Assembly: GCF_021028975.2 (NCBI RefSeq)
Contig: NC_059425.1
Coordinates: forward strand, 124,868,001 to 124,932,000
DNA: 64,000 nucleotides
Direction: 5' to 3'
From: Sphaerodactylus townsendi
Taxonomy: Eukaryota
The position numbers and the translations under genes are program-made. Below are positions 62,290 through 64,000 of the stretch, piece by piece. The notes beneath the pieces are model-generated. The model worked only from the letters and a program-made list of their open reading frames with translations. It searched no databases and was not told the origin of the DNA. Numbering within the stretch: position 1 is the stretch's first letter; each line of letters opens with the position of its first letter.

Positions 62290-62510
62290 AAATAGTATAG
62301 TGATTAGAGCACTGGACTAGCATCTGAAAGACCCCGGTTCAAATCTCCCCTTTGCCTTGAAAGCTTGGCAGGTGATATGAGACCAGTCCCATAGTCATAA
62401 CCGAACCTACCTCACAGGGTTATTATGAGAATACCATAGAGATGGGAGGAATCTTGGGAATTGTTTTGGGTCTTCAGTGGGAAGGCAAGTGGAAATTAAG
62501 TAAATAGGTA
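62290..62510 (+). mobile_element. Squam3-like tRNA-derived SINE
   Basis: A-box-like tagtatagtgattagagc, B-box ggttcaaatc, core cctacctcacagggt and an A-rich tail. Confidence 0.75.
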
Positions 62511-64000
62511 AGTAACCCTAACATATGCTCAGGTAGGAATGAAAGAAATATGGCTAAGCTGTGAGGCATTTGAGGTTGTGGGGGTTTTTTGCAGATAAAA
62601 TCTTGTTGCTCTGCTGTGGGGAACTGAAGGAAAGGAATTTATAAGCTGTTTGGAGACTCCTTTACAGGGGTTATAAATCCAAACTCTTTTTACCTCAGTT
62701 TCACAGGATCTGCAGCACAGAGCTGTTCTGCCAGGCCAAAAGCTGAGGACAGAAATGAGTATGTTTCCGTTGTAACTGACCTCCTTTCCCCCCCCTTTCC
62801 CTTGTTTAATTATATTGAATTTGTTCTAGGATATAGGGTTGGGAACTTTTCTGAACCTTGGTTGGACTATCTGCCATCTTTATACGATTTATAAATTTCA
62901 GTGCATTATGGCTTATTATACTTTTTGTATTATAATTTTATTGTGTTTATATTGTTAGCTACACTGAGCCCACTGCAGTTGGGGACAGTGGTATAAAAAT
63001 CAACTAATTGAATAAAATCTAATATGTGATAAAGTATATGCTTTTACTCATAATCACCACAAGTTTCTCCCTACAGTACACTAAGCGATCCATAGCACAC
63101 ACAAATCGATGCCTTCTTACCTCATCCCTAACACATTTCAGAATTTATTTTTGTTGTATGTGGTACAGGGTCTATGATTAAGGTTATATGTTGGGGTGAG
63201 AAAACCTGAAATTACCATGAGCACGAGATAGCAGATAGGTACCAAGATGTAACCAAACATACAATAATGTAGATGTGTAACAGGAAAGAAAGAATTTCTT
63301 ATTTTATCTCCATGTAACCCTCCCTTTATTGTTAGTAAACTCCTATATAAAAAGCAACTGAGAATCTGTCTCTTCTACTCAACACTTCTATCTCTAATCA
63401 ACTGAAAAAGGCATTATGTTCCATATTTGACTGGATTGCTAAGACTACAAATAGTATCCTATGCATGCTTCCTCTGAAGAAAGTCCACATCAATTGAATT
63501 TAATGTACTTCTGAGCATGTGGTTAGGATTGCTGCAATATATTTACTTCAGTTTAACTGTCTTAACAAACCATTCTCTCTCTATTCATTGAGAAAATGCC
63601 ATGAAAAGACCACAGTATTTTACACTTCCATATATTTCTCTACACCATACTATGTGTCCCTGATTAACTGCCTCATAAACATTTCTAAAATCCCCTTGCA
63701 TGCCTTAAAGAAAATTGCTTGCATGCCTTAAAGAAAATTTGCTTTCTAGTAAGCAAAGAAAAGGAGAATTCTGGGGTATCGTGATTTCATCAGACTTGAC
63801 TAACTGCATGGATAAAATTTGACAACATTCTTCACACTTTATGTATATCAAGTGTGAGTAGAAGATCTTGATCTGGGATAACTCTTAAAACATCTTGTTA
63901 ATATATTTGCTTTTATTAATTTTTCTCTTTTTATTCTGTTATTCCAGCCATGATACTCCTCTTATTTACAAGGGGTTAAAACTTTAATTTGTAAGCAAGA

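Noticed and set aside
62290-62360. tRNA-like A and B boxes
   Set aside because: SINE head; no complete cloverleaf.

Overview
This is vertebrate genomic DNA, most likely from a squamate and probably a gecko, judging from the Squam-type SINEs, Penelope-like elements and hAT MITEs. It has two assembly gaps. The only protein-coding gene I can support is LIN28B on the minus strand. Its coding exons here are exon 1 (41796-41805, MAE+G), exon 2 (40589-40788) and exon 3 (6334-6518); together they encode the N-terminus, the cold-shock domain and the basic linker. The zinc-knuckle exon lies beyond position 1. Most of the window is intron 2 (34 kb) and part of intron 3, filled with L2, L1/Tx1-like, RTE-X-like, Penelope-like, hAT and Harbinger remnants, several of them nested. 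Upstream are the promoter CpG island (about 40.8-43.6 kb), a second CpG-rich domain (45.2-48.0 kb) and a distal island (57.5-58.2 kb) that looks like a bidirectional promoter. The most interesting observations are: (1) a 92-codon overlapping upstream ORF that crosses the exon 1/2 junction out of frame with LIN28B and reads the poly-Glu tract as KRRKRKRRR, plus a 3-codon uORF; (2) divergent first-exon-like donors at the distal island, one preceded by a perfect Kozak ATG; (3) Penelope-derived minimal hammerhead ribozyme motifs in intron 2, all antisense to the host gene. Nearly all other ORFs in the supplied track are spurious or transposon-derived. Comparisons with human sequence are from memory and need alignment.
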